A stretch of DNA of 32,000 nucleotides from Pirellula staleyi DSM 6068 (GCA_000025185.1 CP001848.1:1950001-1982000), one strand, 5' to 3'. Counted from the stretch's first letter, positions 17,614-25,857 are shown. Notes: generated by a model from the letters alone, not told the origin. Translations and numbers: made by a program.

Positions 17614-19692
17614 CTACTTCGCCAGCGCTTGCACCGCGTCAACGATCACGTGACCGGTGGTCCCTTCGTTCTTGATCGTCACAACGATTTGCTTGTCCCC
17701 TTCGAATTCCCCCAGCGAGAGCCACAGCTTATCGATCGGCGCGGTCTTGGTTTGATCGATCGAGGTGGCACTGTTGCCGCTCGCGCTTTCGATCATCACC
17801 GGCACCGCTTTGCTGCGGTTAGGGTTCGCGAGATAGGCGATCCGAACTTCGTACTTGCCAGGCTTGGGAAGTGGCAGGGTGAATTTCGCTGCGAGCTGAC
17901 CTTTCAGCGAATCGCCGTCGTGTAGGTAGCGACCACCAACATAGCCAGCAATCGAATTGCTTTGCTGCCACTCGCCGGTCTTGTCAGCTTTCTCGTCGTC
18001 GATCACCACGCCGCTGAACTTCTCCACGGGAATGCCTCCCCCAGCAGCGCCGGTCCAGGCGAGGATCTGTTTATCTTCGAGCAGTTTGGCCTGCAATTTT
18101 TTGACGTCGACACGTTGTACGGTCAGGGCGTCGTCGATCGATTGGCACGCAGCGGTGGCAGCGGATTGGCCCAGGACCATAAAGACAGGTTCCATCCGAA
18201 TGCTGCCGTACGCAATATGGGACGCACTGAGGCAAACGGGCACCAGCAGATTGTTGCACTCCCCTTCTTTCGGAACGATCGAGCGATAGGCAATTCCATA
18301 AGGAGGAAAGCCGCCGACTTGCACGTCACCTTCGTTGCGAGCGTGCCCTTTTTCGTCGACATAGCGCTGCACGTTATGCGAGTCCATCGTGTAGGCCGCG
18401 AGTCCCACCGAATCATCGACGACGCGCTTCCCTTGGCAGTTGCTCTGCGCCATCACGTAGTCGGAAATCATACGACGTGCTTCACGGACGTAGAGCTGAT
18501 GCGGCCAGCCTGCGGTTTCTGTGAATTCATCTTTACAAGGACCCCACTTAGCGACCGATTCTTGAATCGCTTTGGGAACGCGTGGATTGGTGATCAGCGT
18601 CCACAAGAGCCCCTGCTGATATTGCAAATGCTCGGCGAAAATCTTCTCGCGGAGCGCGTAGTCTCCATCAGGGAAGTCGTAGTTCATGCCGATGTTGTCG
18701 GTCGAGAATCCAAAGTTGTTGTTGATATCGGTCTTGCCATTGGGCATCCGAATGGGATTCCAAGGAGCACGATTTTCACCTGCTTCGAAATTGCGGAGCA
18801 GCAGTTCGTAGCGAGCTTCGCTATAGCCTTCGGGCTTCGTGATCGGCAGTCGATTTTCGGCGACATCGGTAAGGCACATCCGAAAGTTGTAGGCTTGGAC
18901 GCGCTTATCGCCCGAACCTTCTTCACCTGGAGGACCAGCATGCACGCCGGGCAATAGTCCGCTCGAAGGATCCCCCGCTTTCACGTAGGGATCGACTCCA
19001 GGCTGCAGCTGATGCTTCACGGCATTTTTGGTTTGCACACCGTTGAGCGTTTCGCCATAGACAGCATTCGCCTCGCGGCCAACGTGATACGACACACCGG
19101 CGAGCGCCAGCAGATCCCCTTCGTAGGTGGCGTCGATGAAGCGTTTCCCTTGGAACTTACGGCCACTTTCCATCTGGATCGATTGGATCTGACCTTCCAC
19201 TTTGGTCACACCCTTCTTCAGGTCGAGACGTTCGCCGTAGATCACGTCGACTTTGGCTTCGGCGAGCATGTCGCGATAGATCTGCTCGGCGACGCTGGGC
19301 TCGAAGGTCCACATGGCATCCTCTTGTCCCACTTCGCTGCGGCGACCACTGTCGTAGCCAGCCGGCTGTTTGCCAAACTTCCAAGCAGCTGGATCGCTAT
19401 AGTGCTTGCGAACTCGCTGATAGAACTCGCGGCTGATCCCCCCGATCGCACCTTTGTTGCCGATATCAGTAGCACCAAGCCCCCCAGTGGTGAGTCCGCC
19501 GACATGCTTGGTCGGCTCGATCAGGACCACGGTTTTGCCCATGCGCCGGGTTTGAATCGCTGCTGCAATGCCGCCGCTAGTGCCCCCGTAGACAACCACA
19601 TCGAAGGTGTCGTTTTGAGCGTGGGCTGTTGCGGAGAGCGCAAGCAGTAGCGTCGCGCCCAGGAGCGCGCGAAGAGTGGAAGAGGTGTTCAT
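17614..19692 (-). CDS. Secreted FAD-dependent oxidoreductase (FAD_oxidored/PF12831-like) with an extra C-terminal beta-rich domain.
   Basis: 692 aa with a signal peptide MNTSSTLRALLGATLLLALSATAHA-Q and a dinucleotide-binding motif DVVVYGGTSGGIAAAIQ...VVLIEPTKHVGGLTTGG. The C-terminal ~130 aa (GYVGGRYLHDG...KYEVRIAYLANPNRSKAVPV...GHVIVDAVQ) resemble the golvesin-C-terminal-like or carbohydrate-binding-like modules seen on such enzymes. Confidence 0.82.
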   Translation of the reverse strand: MNTSSTLRALLGATLLLALSATAHAQNDTFDVVVYGGTSGGIAAAIQTRRMGKTVVLIEPTKHVGGLTTGGLGATDIGNKGAIGGISREFYQRVRKHYSDPAAWKFGKQPAGYDSGRRSEVGQEDAMWTFEPSVAEQIYRDMLAEAKVDVIYGERLDLKKGVTKVEGQIQSIQMESGRKFQGKRFIDATYEGDLLALAGVSYHVGREANAVYGETLNGVQTKNAVKHQLQPGVDPYVKAGDPSSGLLPGVHAGPPGEEGSGDKRVQAYNFRMCLTDVAENRLPITKPEGYSEARYELLLRNFEAGENRAPWNPIRMPNGKTDINNNFGFSTDNIGMNYDFPDGDYALREKIFAEHLQYQQGLLWTLITNPRVPKAIQESVAKWGPCKDEFTETAGWPHQLYVREARRMISDYVMAQSNCQGKRVVDDSVGLAAYTMDSHNVQRYVDEKGHARNEGDVQVGGFPPYGIAYRSIVPKEGECNNLLVPVCLSASHIAYGSIRMEPVFMVLGQSAATAACQSIDDALTVQRVDVKKLQAKLLEDKQILAWTGAAGGGIPVEKFSGVVIDDEKADKTGEWQQSNSIAGYVGGRYLHDGDSLKGQLAAKFTLPLPKPGKYEVRIAYLANPNRSKAVPVMIESASGNSATSIDQTKTAPIDKLWLSLGEFEGDKQIVVTIKNEGTTGHVIVDAVQALAK

Positions 19693-19833
19693 CGTAGAAA
19701 AATCCGAGCGGGTGGAGAGAAGAAAAACAGCACGCTCGCCAGACGTGCTAAAACATTTCCAGCGTCGGATTATAAACAGCGTGTTGATCGGCCGCGACTA
19801 TTGCCGTTGGTTTCGCCCAGGAAGGATTCTCGT

Positions 19834-20718
19834 ATGAAACTCACCATTCACTGGCAAGAGAGCGTGTCGATGTCGGCGATGCACGCCGCGTGGGCCATGG
19901 CTTCGGGACGAACGCTCGTCGACACCCAGGTGCAAGCTGCGCTCGAGCCAGCTGCTGCGGAATTGCTGGCGGCGGTGAAGGGAACAAGCTTGTCGCCGCC
20001 GCAGGTTTATCGCTGTTTGCTTCCGCAATCGGCTGGAACGCTGAGTCACCGGATGATGGCCCAAACGGCGCTAGCGCGGCTGATGCCAGCCGGTAACATG
20101 CGCGACCTGGCAGCGGGGCGAATTGCCGACGCGTTTACCGGGGTGGATGTCGCTTTTCGGGCGGCACTTCCCAAGTTGGCGACCGAACTACCTCTGCGCA
20201 CTCGCGTGCTCCGCGAGCAATGGGAAGCCCGTGGACCTGGTTTGTGGCTCTATGTCTCGCGTCGTCTCGGAGAAGAGGTGCTCGCGAGCGAGGCGACCTG
20301 TGTCCTCGTGCAGCCAATGCTTGGTGGATATGCCGAAGCACACTTGCCGTTCAACATGGTGCGCATCGAAGGGATGCTTGCCAACCCGGTCCAGTCGCTC
20401 CCAGAAGTGGTCAGACTCGCTTGGTGCGCTGCGCAGCTGCAACTCGATCTGCCGAAGTTCTCGGAGGGGATTCATCCCGAGCGCCTCGCACATCTCGCGC
20501 GCTTTGCGGTCTTACCAGCAGTGCTCGAAGCAGCGGCTGAAGTCGAGCTCGTTCTCGATGCTCAGCTGGCCATGAAAGAAGCGATCGGAGCGTGGCAGAT
20601 CAAAGCCCCGGCCGATATCGATGCCTATGAGCTGGTCACCAATTGGTGGCAGAGTGTGCAAGAGATCGAGGCACCGATGACAGCCGCGCTGAAGGTGCTC
20701 GATCAGATGTTTGGCTAA
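19834..20718 (+). CDS. Hypothetical protein (294 aa), helical, no recognisable domain.
   Basis: The ORF-track ORF starts with TTG at 19801. The ATG at 19834 is preceded by GGAAGGA at good spacing (MKLTIHWQESVSMS...). It is convergent with the PP2C gene (25-bp gap). Confidence 0.6.
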   Translation: MKLTIHWQESVSMSAMHAAWAMASGRTLVDTQVQAALEPAAAELLAAVKGTSLSPPQVYRCLLPQSAGTLSHRMMAQTALARLMPAGNMRDLAAGRIADAFTGVDVAFRAALPKLATELPLRTRVLREQWEARGPGLWLYVSRRLGEEVLASEATCVLVQPMLGGYAEAHLPFNMVRIEGMLANPVQSLPEVVRLAWCAAQLQLDLPKFSEGIHPERLAHLARFAVLPAVLEAAAEVELVLDAQLAMKEAIGAWQIKAPADIDAYELVTNWWQSVQEIEAPMTAALKVLDQMFG

Positions 20719-20743
20719 GGCTGCCGAGATCGGGGTCGCACGA

Positions 20744-22039
20744 TTAGTACTGAATCGCCGAGTCGCTTGCTTTTTTGTTGTTGTTCTGAGCACGCAACTC
20801 GGCCAGCGTGGTGCTGATGCAGCGGCAGTATTGGCAGATTCCTTCAGCAATGTCGTTCGACTTCGCAGCAGCCGATGCGCGGCGAACAAACTCATCGAAC
20901 CGGGCCCAGTTCACTTGGCTGTTCGACTCCTGCGCTGCTTCGCGGAGTTCTTCCACCGTAGCGGCAAGTTTGTCGAAGAACTCGCGATTGGGGACTGCCG
21001 GGGTCGATGTGTATGGTCCCCGTCCCAGCATCCGGCCGCCAGTGAGTGCGGTGCCGCGATTCACGCCGCTATAGCGATTGATGAGCGCGATGCCGAGTGC
21101 GACAGCGCCAATTGCTAGTGAACCGATGGCGACGTAGTAGAGCGATAGCACCGCGGTGAGCGCTGCCGTGAGTGCCGCGACACCCGCCACAATCCAGAGG
21201 ATTGGGCTGACATGTTTCGGCTCGTTTTTCCCACCAATCGTGAGTGCACCAGCGGGTGTTCCGCCGGTGGCGACTTGCGGCGATTCCACACGTGCCACAA
21301 GCACCGTGATGTTGTCGGGACCACCACGCAAGTTCGCGAGATCAACCAATGCTTGCGAGGCCTCTTCAGCAGGCAAGCAGCCCAGGATCATCCCGAGTTC
21401 GTGATCTTCCACGCGACCAGTCAGGCCGTCGCTGCAGAGCATGTAGACATCACCGACCGCCACCGGATGCGGACCTTCGAGGTCGACTTGCACCGTCGGA
21501 TTAGGGCCGAGTGAGCGGGTGATGACGTTTTTCGGAACAGCCGCCGAGAGATCGCTCCCTTCGGGAAGTGCGCCACTGGCACGAAGCTCCCATTGCAGGC
21601 TGTGATCGAAAGTGAGCTGCTGAACCTGTCCGCCACGCAGTCGATAGACTCGGCTGTCGCCAATATGCGCCAGGATGGCACCCTGCGGCAGAATCACGAG
21701 ACAGCTTGCCGTGGTTCCCATGTTATGGAAATCGGGATTGGCCATCCCTCGACGATTGACCTCGGCATTCGTTTCGCGAATAGCCCGCTCGAGAGCTTCC
21801 GGGGCGCTATGCTCGACGTACTTGTGATACAGGTACGGAACACCGTCGGCAGCCAGTTTGCTGGCGAGTTCACCGGCGGCATGGGCACCCATACCATCGG
21901 CGACCATGAAAAAATGTCCGCGCGTGAGCCAAAGGTTCGGCGTGTCGGCACAAATCAGGCTGTGCGAATCCTGATTGGTGGTTCGCCGCATCCCGACGTC
22001 GGTGGTAGCTGCGACCTGAAGGCCGGTACTGGATGTCAC
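20744..22039 (-). CDS. PP2C-family Ser/Thr protein phosphatase with two C-terminal TM helices and a ~110-aa tail domain.
   Basis: 431 aa (GTG start) with PP2C blocks DVGMRRTTNQDS, FFMVADGMGAHAAGELAS, LCSDGL and GGPDNITVLVARV. These are followed by ILWIVAGVAALTAALTAVLSLYYVAIGSLAIGAVALGIALI and a helical tail with a CQYCRC motif. Confidence 0.85.
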   Translation of the reverse strand: MTSSTGLQVAATTDVGMRRTTNQDSHSLICADTPNLWLTRGHFFMVADGMGAHAAGELASKLAADGVPYLYHKYVEHSAPEALERAIRETNAEVNRRGMANPDFHNMGTTASCLVILPQGAILAHIGDSRVYRLRGGQVQQLTFDHSLQWELRASGALPEGSDLSAAVPKNVITRSLGPNPTVQVDLEGPHPVAVGDVYMLCSDGLTGRVEDHELGMILGCLPAEEASQALVDLANLRGGPDNITVLVARVESPQVATGGTPAGALTIGGKNEPKHVSPILWIVAGVAALTAALTAVLSLYYVAIGSLAIGAVALGIALINRYSGVNRGTALTGGRMLGRGPYTSTPAVPNREFFDKLAATVEELREAAQESNSQVNWARFDEFVRRASAAAKSNDIAEGICQYCRCISTTLAELRAQNNNKKASDSAIQY

Positions 22040-22899
22040 AACGGGAATGCCCTGTGGCTGAGCGGTAGCGGGGATGTGGTGGAAGGTCGTTTCAATCCGA
22101 GGAAGCGCGAGCGAGGTTCCATGAACCGGGCTTCGGTTAACCGCAGATCGTCAGTCGCTAGCATCCCCTCCTTGGAACGAGTGCGCATGGTCGAAACGAA
22201 TCTGACCATGTGTCGTATTCTAACTGTCGACCAGTCGAGGGTTAAGACTGAGAAAAACCGAGTTTCTGGAAAGCTAGCGAAGTCACATACTTACTCTGGC
22301 GGGCTGCATAAGCGGCACAGACGCCCTGGGCAACCGGCGGGAGACGTTTCCGCATGCAGTTGGCGGGTTAATCGCTATCCCAGAGCTCGGCGATCAGCCA
22401 CCCCCAAGCTGCTGACTGATGGGATTGGTTTCGCGAGGCGTTAACAAACTTTTTTCGAGGGCGCAAGTCCCTTGACGTCGATTTTGATAGCATTGCTAGC
22501 ATTCTCGCAAGATACATCAGCTACAGGCTTTGCGCACTTGATGTGGGGATAGAGGAGCTCCCCGAAGCCTCCGGTGACAAGTCGGCGGCAGCTGTTCACC
22601 ACCCCTTTTCCTTTCCGAGCGTCTTGAACGCTTGCCACTTAGTCGATAAATTACGCGTTTCGCTAGAACTCTCGGGCAACTACCAGGTTTGCATGAGGTC
22701 GGCGGTTGCCACGGGATAGCTCGAGGTGAGCAATTCACCTCTGGAGCAGCCTACGGCATCGCTTGCCCGGCAGAAAACCAGCCTTAGTAACGACTTACGT
22801 CGACTACGCTATTTTTCCTGCGGTGGTGGTGACTGGGCAGATGTCGCGAGAAAACAGATCGCAACCTACGAGCTTTCGAGCTTTACGCATTGATTAAGT

Positions 22900-22927
22900 G
22901 GAACATTGCCTGCGGGCAATTGGTTCC
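22900..22927 (+). promoter_or_regulatory. Leader hairpin directly abutting the rplM Shine-Dalgarno sequence.
   Basis: Read directly: GGAAC ATTGCC tgcg GGCAAT tg GTTCC. This is 11 bp with a 2-nt bulge and a tetraloop. It is followed at once by GGGAGAG (22928-22934) and the GTG start at 22942. Confidence 0.45.
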
Positions 22928-22941
22928 GGGAGAGTACGAAC

Positions 22942-23385
22942 GTGGCTGGAACGAAGACCTACATTGCTAAGCCTGGCGAAGTTGCTGAAAAGTGGTTCGT
23001 TGTCGATGCTTCCGACAAAGTGGTCGGTCGTTTGGCAAGCGATATTGCGATGATCCTGATGGGCAAGCATCGCCCCACGTACACTCCGCACGTCCTCACC
23101 GGCGATTGCGTGATCGTGATCAACGCCGAGAAGGTTGTGTTCACCGGCAAGAAGTGGTCGCAGAAGGAATACAGCTGGTTCACCGGCTACACCCGTCAGC
23201 GTCGCGAATCGGCTGAGAGCCGCTTGGCCAGCCACCCCGATCAAATTCTTCGCGAAGCTGTTCGCCGCATGCTTCCTAAGAACAAGCTGGCATTCAAGAT
23301 GCTGCAACGCCTGAAGGTGTACACCGGCACCGAACATCCTCACCAAGCTCAGCTTCCCGAAGCGAAAGAGCTGGGCGCGAAGTAG
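22942..23385 (+). CDS. rplM: 50S ribosomal protein L13.
   Basis: From the GTG at 22942 the protein reads (M)AGTKTYIAKPGEVAEKWFVVDASDKVVGRLAS...GKHRPTYTPHV.TGD.VIVINAEKV. This is collinear with E. coli L13 ([20 protein letters not shown]...). The ORF-track TTG start at 22906 lies inside the leader hairpin and is unlikely. Confidence 0.93.
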   Translation: MAGTKTYIAKPGEVAEKWFVVDASDKVVGRLASDIAMILMGKHRPTYTPHVLTGDCVIVINAEKVVFTGKKWSQKEYSWFTGYTRQRRESAESRLASHPDQILREAVRRMLPKNKLAFKMLQRLKVYTGTEHPHQAQLPEAKELGAK

Positions 23386-23440
23386 TCTCTGCTTCGCCTT
23401 AACAAATCACCCCATTCATTTTCCATAGCTGGCAACGATC

Positions 23441-23854
23441 ATGGTAGCTCCTAAGAAAGATACACTCACTGGCGAAGCACTCGGCACTGGTCGTCGTAAG
23501 ACCTCCGTGGCTCGCGTCCGCGTTCGTGCAGGTAGTGGCAAGGTGACGATCAACGGTCGTGACCTCCTGCATTACTTCCCACGTATCGAAGATCAGCGTA
23601 ACGTGCTCGACGCACTCGACCTCACCGGTCAGCGTGAAGCCGTGGACGTGAACATTCGCGTGGCTGGTGGCGGACTCACCGGTCAATCGGGTGCTTGCAA
23701 AATGGGTTTGGCTCGCGCTTTGATCTCGCACAACGGCGAGCTCTTTGGCCCACTTCGCGATAACAACTTCCTGACGCGTGACTCGCGCATGAAGGAACGT
23801 AAGAAGTACGGTCTGCGTGGTGCTCGCCGAGGCGTCCAGTTCTCGAAGCGTTAA
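23441..23854 (+). CDS. rpsI: 30S ribosomal protein S9.
   Basis: 137 aa with GTGRRKTSVARVRV..G.G...ING and the canonical C-terminus RMKERKKYGLRGARRGVQFSKR. It sits in the conserved rplM-rpsI gene order. Confidence 0.95.
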   Translation: MVAPKKDTLTGEALGTGRRKTSVARVRVRAGSGKVTINGRDLLHYFPRIEDQRNVLDALDLTGQREAVDVNIRVAGGGLTGQSGACKMGLARALISHNGELFGPLRDNNFLTRDSRMKERKKYGLRGARRGVQFSKR

Positions 23855-23942
23855 TCGCTCGGCTGGGTTCCGCTCGAAATATTGCTCGCTCCATGGGGAC
23901 GAGAATTGTTTCGGCTGTCTGTTTGCTTTCGTCAATCATCAA

Positions 23943-23979
23943 GGGGTATCATCCACACGGATGCTGCCCCTTTTTCTTT
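23943..23979 (+). terminator. Rho-independent terminator of the rplM-rpsI operon.
   Basis: GGGGTATCATCC acac GGATGCTGCCCC forms a 12-position stem with one G-U and one mismatch. It is followed by TTTTTCTTT, about 90 nt after the rpsI stop. Confidence 0.8.
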
Positions 23980-24047
23980 GCGCTGGCGATAGTTTCCCCG
24001 CGCTGGTGACCAAGCAGGCGTCTCCTCATCCTGGAAAGCTTTCACCA

Positions 24048-24734
24048 ATGTCGCGACCATTTGTCTGGTCCTCGATTCTGCTCGCCCTCATCACGCTGAA
24101 CATCGATGCTCAGGAGCGCGAAGCTGCTCCCCCGGTCGATGCGCCAGCCGAGGCTGTTTTCTCCGGGCCACAAATTGGTGAGCCCATTGCCCCGTTTCCC
24201 GTGCAGCTTCTCACCGGCGACGACACAGGCAAAAAGATCGAACTGGCGGCAGATGCAGGTGAAAAGCCGACGCTCATTTTCTTTATTCACGAGGTGAATC
24301 GCCCTTCGATCGGTCTAGCGCGTGTGCTGATGAACTACGCCGCCACCCGTAAAGCGGATGGGCTCGAAAGTGCTCTCGTGTTCCTCTCGGCAGACAAGAC
24401 CGAAACGCAGGCTTTCGTCGGTCGCGCGTCGGGCGCTCTACCGCAGCGTGTCCCTGTTGCGATCGCGAGCGATGGTGCCGAAGGACCTGGCAGCTGGGGA
24501 CTCAATCGCAAAGTGCAGGTGACGATCGTACTTGCAAATAAAAAAGAAGTGGTCGGTAATTGGGCCCTGGTTCAGCCCGGTCTTGCGACCGATGCCCCGC
24601 CAGTTCTCGCTGCCATTTGCAAACAAGTGGGTGGCGAGCCCCCAGCAATCGAAAAACTTCTCGAATCGCCGATGCGTGGTCCTCAGCGGGGCCAGCAGCC
24701 TCGGCCAGGCGGCACAGAGAAGAAACCGGAGTAA
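24048..24734 (+). CDS. Secreted thioredoxin/peroxiredoxin-fold (AhpC/TSA-like) protein lacking the catalytic cysteine.
   Basis: I place the start at the ATG at 24048 (MSRPFVWSSILLALITLNIDAQE signal), which lies downstream of the rpsI terminator. The pattern IGEPIAPFPVQLL.G....IEL....KPTLIFFIHEVNRPS...VFLSADK...F follows the redoxin-fold layout. No Cys occurs at the T-x-x-C position, and the mature protein has only one Cys, near its C-terminus. The tail is Gly/Pro/Gln-rich. Confidence 0.55.
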   Translation: MSRPFVWSSILLALITLNIDAQEREAAPPVDAPAEAVFSGPQIGEPIAPFPVQLLTGDDTGKKIELAADAGEKPTLIFFIHEVNRPSIGLARVLMNYAATRKADGLESALVFLSADKTETQAFVGRASGALPQRVPVAIASDGAEGPGSWGLNRKVQVTIVLANKKEVVGNWALVQPGLATDAPPVLAAICKQVGGEPPAIEKLLESPMRGPQRGQQPRPGGTEKKPE

Positions 24735-25252
24735 TCAGCCGGCGCTCTCTATTGTTTGCAGTTTCTCAAGCAAGCCGAGCTTGGAGGCTCGCCATTCTCG
24801 CTCGGCCGCGCAACCTTCCTGGCTAACCACCTGCTAGCCCTGCGACGTCAAAATCTGAAATCTTCGCGCTGCATCGCTTGGGGCGTTCTGTTAATAATCC
24901 GCCCCGTCATGAAGGCAGCGCGATTCGTCGCCGCTCCCCTCCCGACGCGATCTACCTATCGCTGAAATTCCAGGCCGAGCTGCCTCACAAAACGCCCACG
25001 CACGTGGCACACCGAGCCCGTGAAGCGGTCGCTTTCTGCGCGCTCGGTGTTGGTGGGCGATGGGGGATGCAATCACGCTAGCAGACTACTCGAGGCCTTG
25101 TCCGCAGCATGGCTGCACCACCGCTGCTAGCACCCACCTTGTTGAAACATCCTTGATTTTCCGCACCTTTTTGAAAACTCGCGATGGACTTCCCCCGTAG
25201 AATTCCCCAACAATCCGTCGCCCGTCCAACTGGCTATCACGGAGCTCGCACC

Positions 25253-25720
25253 ATGAAAATTGGCAACATCCGTCTCAATATCGTGAAGGTCGATTCGCAA
25301 GGCCTGCACTCGCCGGAGGCCCCCTCGGTGCTTTCCAGCGCGAGCGATCCTTACGTTCTCGCGGTCCTTCGTCGACTGAGCCCCAGCGCAGATGAAATCG
25401 CCGCTGGTGACACCGATTCCCTAATCAGCAGCGAGCCTACGATTTTCTCGATGAGTGACTATCAAAAACCGACGACGCCTGAAGATCTCGAGAACGAACT
25501 TGGCGACCAACTGAGCGACGAATTTCTCGAGAGCAGTTCGTTTGAACCTTCGGACGACGAAGACGACTGGACTTACGAAAACGAAGGTCCCTCGAAACTC
25601 ACTTCCCACGAAGCGAGCCCCGATGGGTGGTTCGATTTCGGTCCTTCCCCGTTTCCGCCCATTATTGGCGGCTTTCCGCTGCTCGACGATCTTCCCCCCG
25701 GCGCTTCGAATTTGGCGTAA
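25253..25720 (+). CDS. Hypothetical acidic low-complexity protein (155 aa).
   Basis: The ATG at 25253 is preceded by GGAG at about 8 nt. The protein has a short structured-looking N-terminus (MKIGNIRLNIVKVD), then an Asp/Glu/Ser/Pro-rich sequence ending in WFDFGPSPFPPIIGGFPLLDDLPP. A strong terminator lies downstream. Confidence 0.5.
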   Translation: MKIGNIRLNIVKVDSQGLHSPEAPSVLSSASDPYVLAVLRRLSPSADEIAAGDTDSLISSEPTIFSMSDYQKPTTPEDLENELGDQLSDEFLESSSFEPSDDEDDWTYENEGPSKLTSHEASPDGWFDFGPSPFPPIIGGFPLLDDLPPGASNLA

Positions 25721-25819
25721 GGAATCGTTGCCCGCTGGCGCGTGCTGAAGCGATGGCAAAAATCGTGACGCGGCCACAACCCTCGCGCAAGCGAACTACC
25801 AATCTTGATTCCCCACCCG

Positions 25820-25857
25820 ATGCGCTGCTGAACTTTATTCAGCGGCGCATTTTTTTG
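25820..25857 (+). terminator. Rho-independent terminator.
   Basis: ATGCGCTGCTGAA cttta TTCAGCGGCGCAT forms a 13-bp stem with one G-U. It is followed by TTTTTT, 100 nt after the stop at 25720. Confidence 0.78.

Noticed and set aside
22441-22738. Two overlapping small minus-strand ORFs (65 aa with four Cys, GTG start at 22638; 73 aa at 22517-22738) in the long PP2C-rplM spacer.
   Set aside because: They have no Shine-Dalgarno-like sequence and mutually exclusive frames, and I recognise no motif. The 65-aa one cannot be excluded as a small protein without expression or conservation data, so I did not call it as a feature.
22040-22905. Possible RNase P RNA, tmRNA, 6S RNA or tRNA in the long spacer. 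The sequence GCAGAAAACCAGCCTTAG vaguely recalls the RNase P ACAGAACCCGGCTTA block.
   Set aside because: There is no GAGGAAAGTCC-type CR-I element on either strand. There is no tmRNA tag reading frame or TPsiC-arm/ACCA end, and no cloverleaf. The similarity is a single short stretch and probably chance.
23817-24047. The N-terminal 77 aa of the 305-aa ORF 23817-24734 (+).
   Set aside because: It would overlap the rpsI 3' end and read through the rplM-rpsI intrinsic terminator (23943-23979). The ATG at 24048 yields a proper signal peptide.
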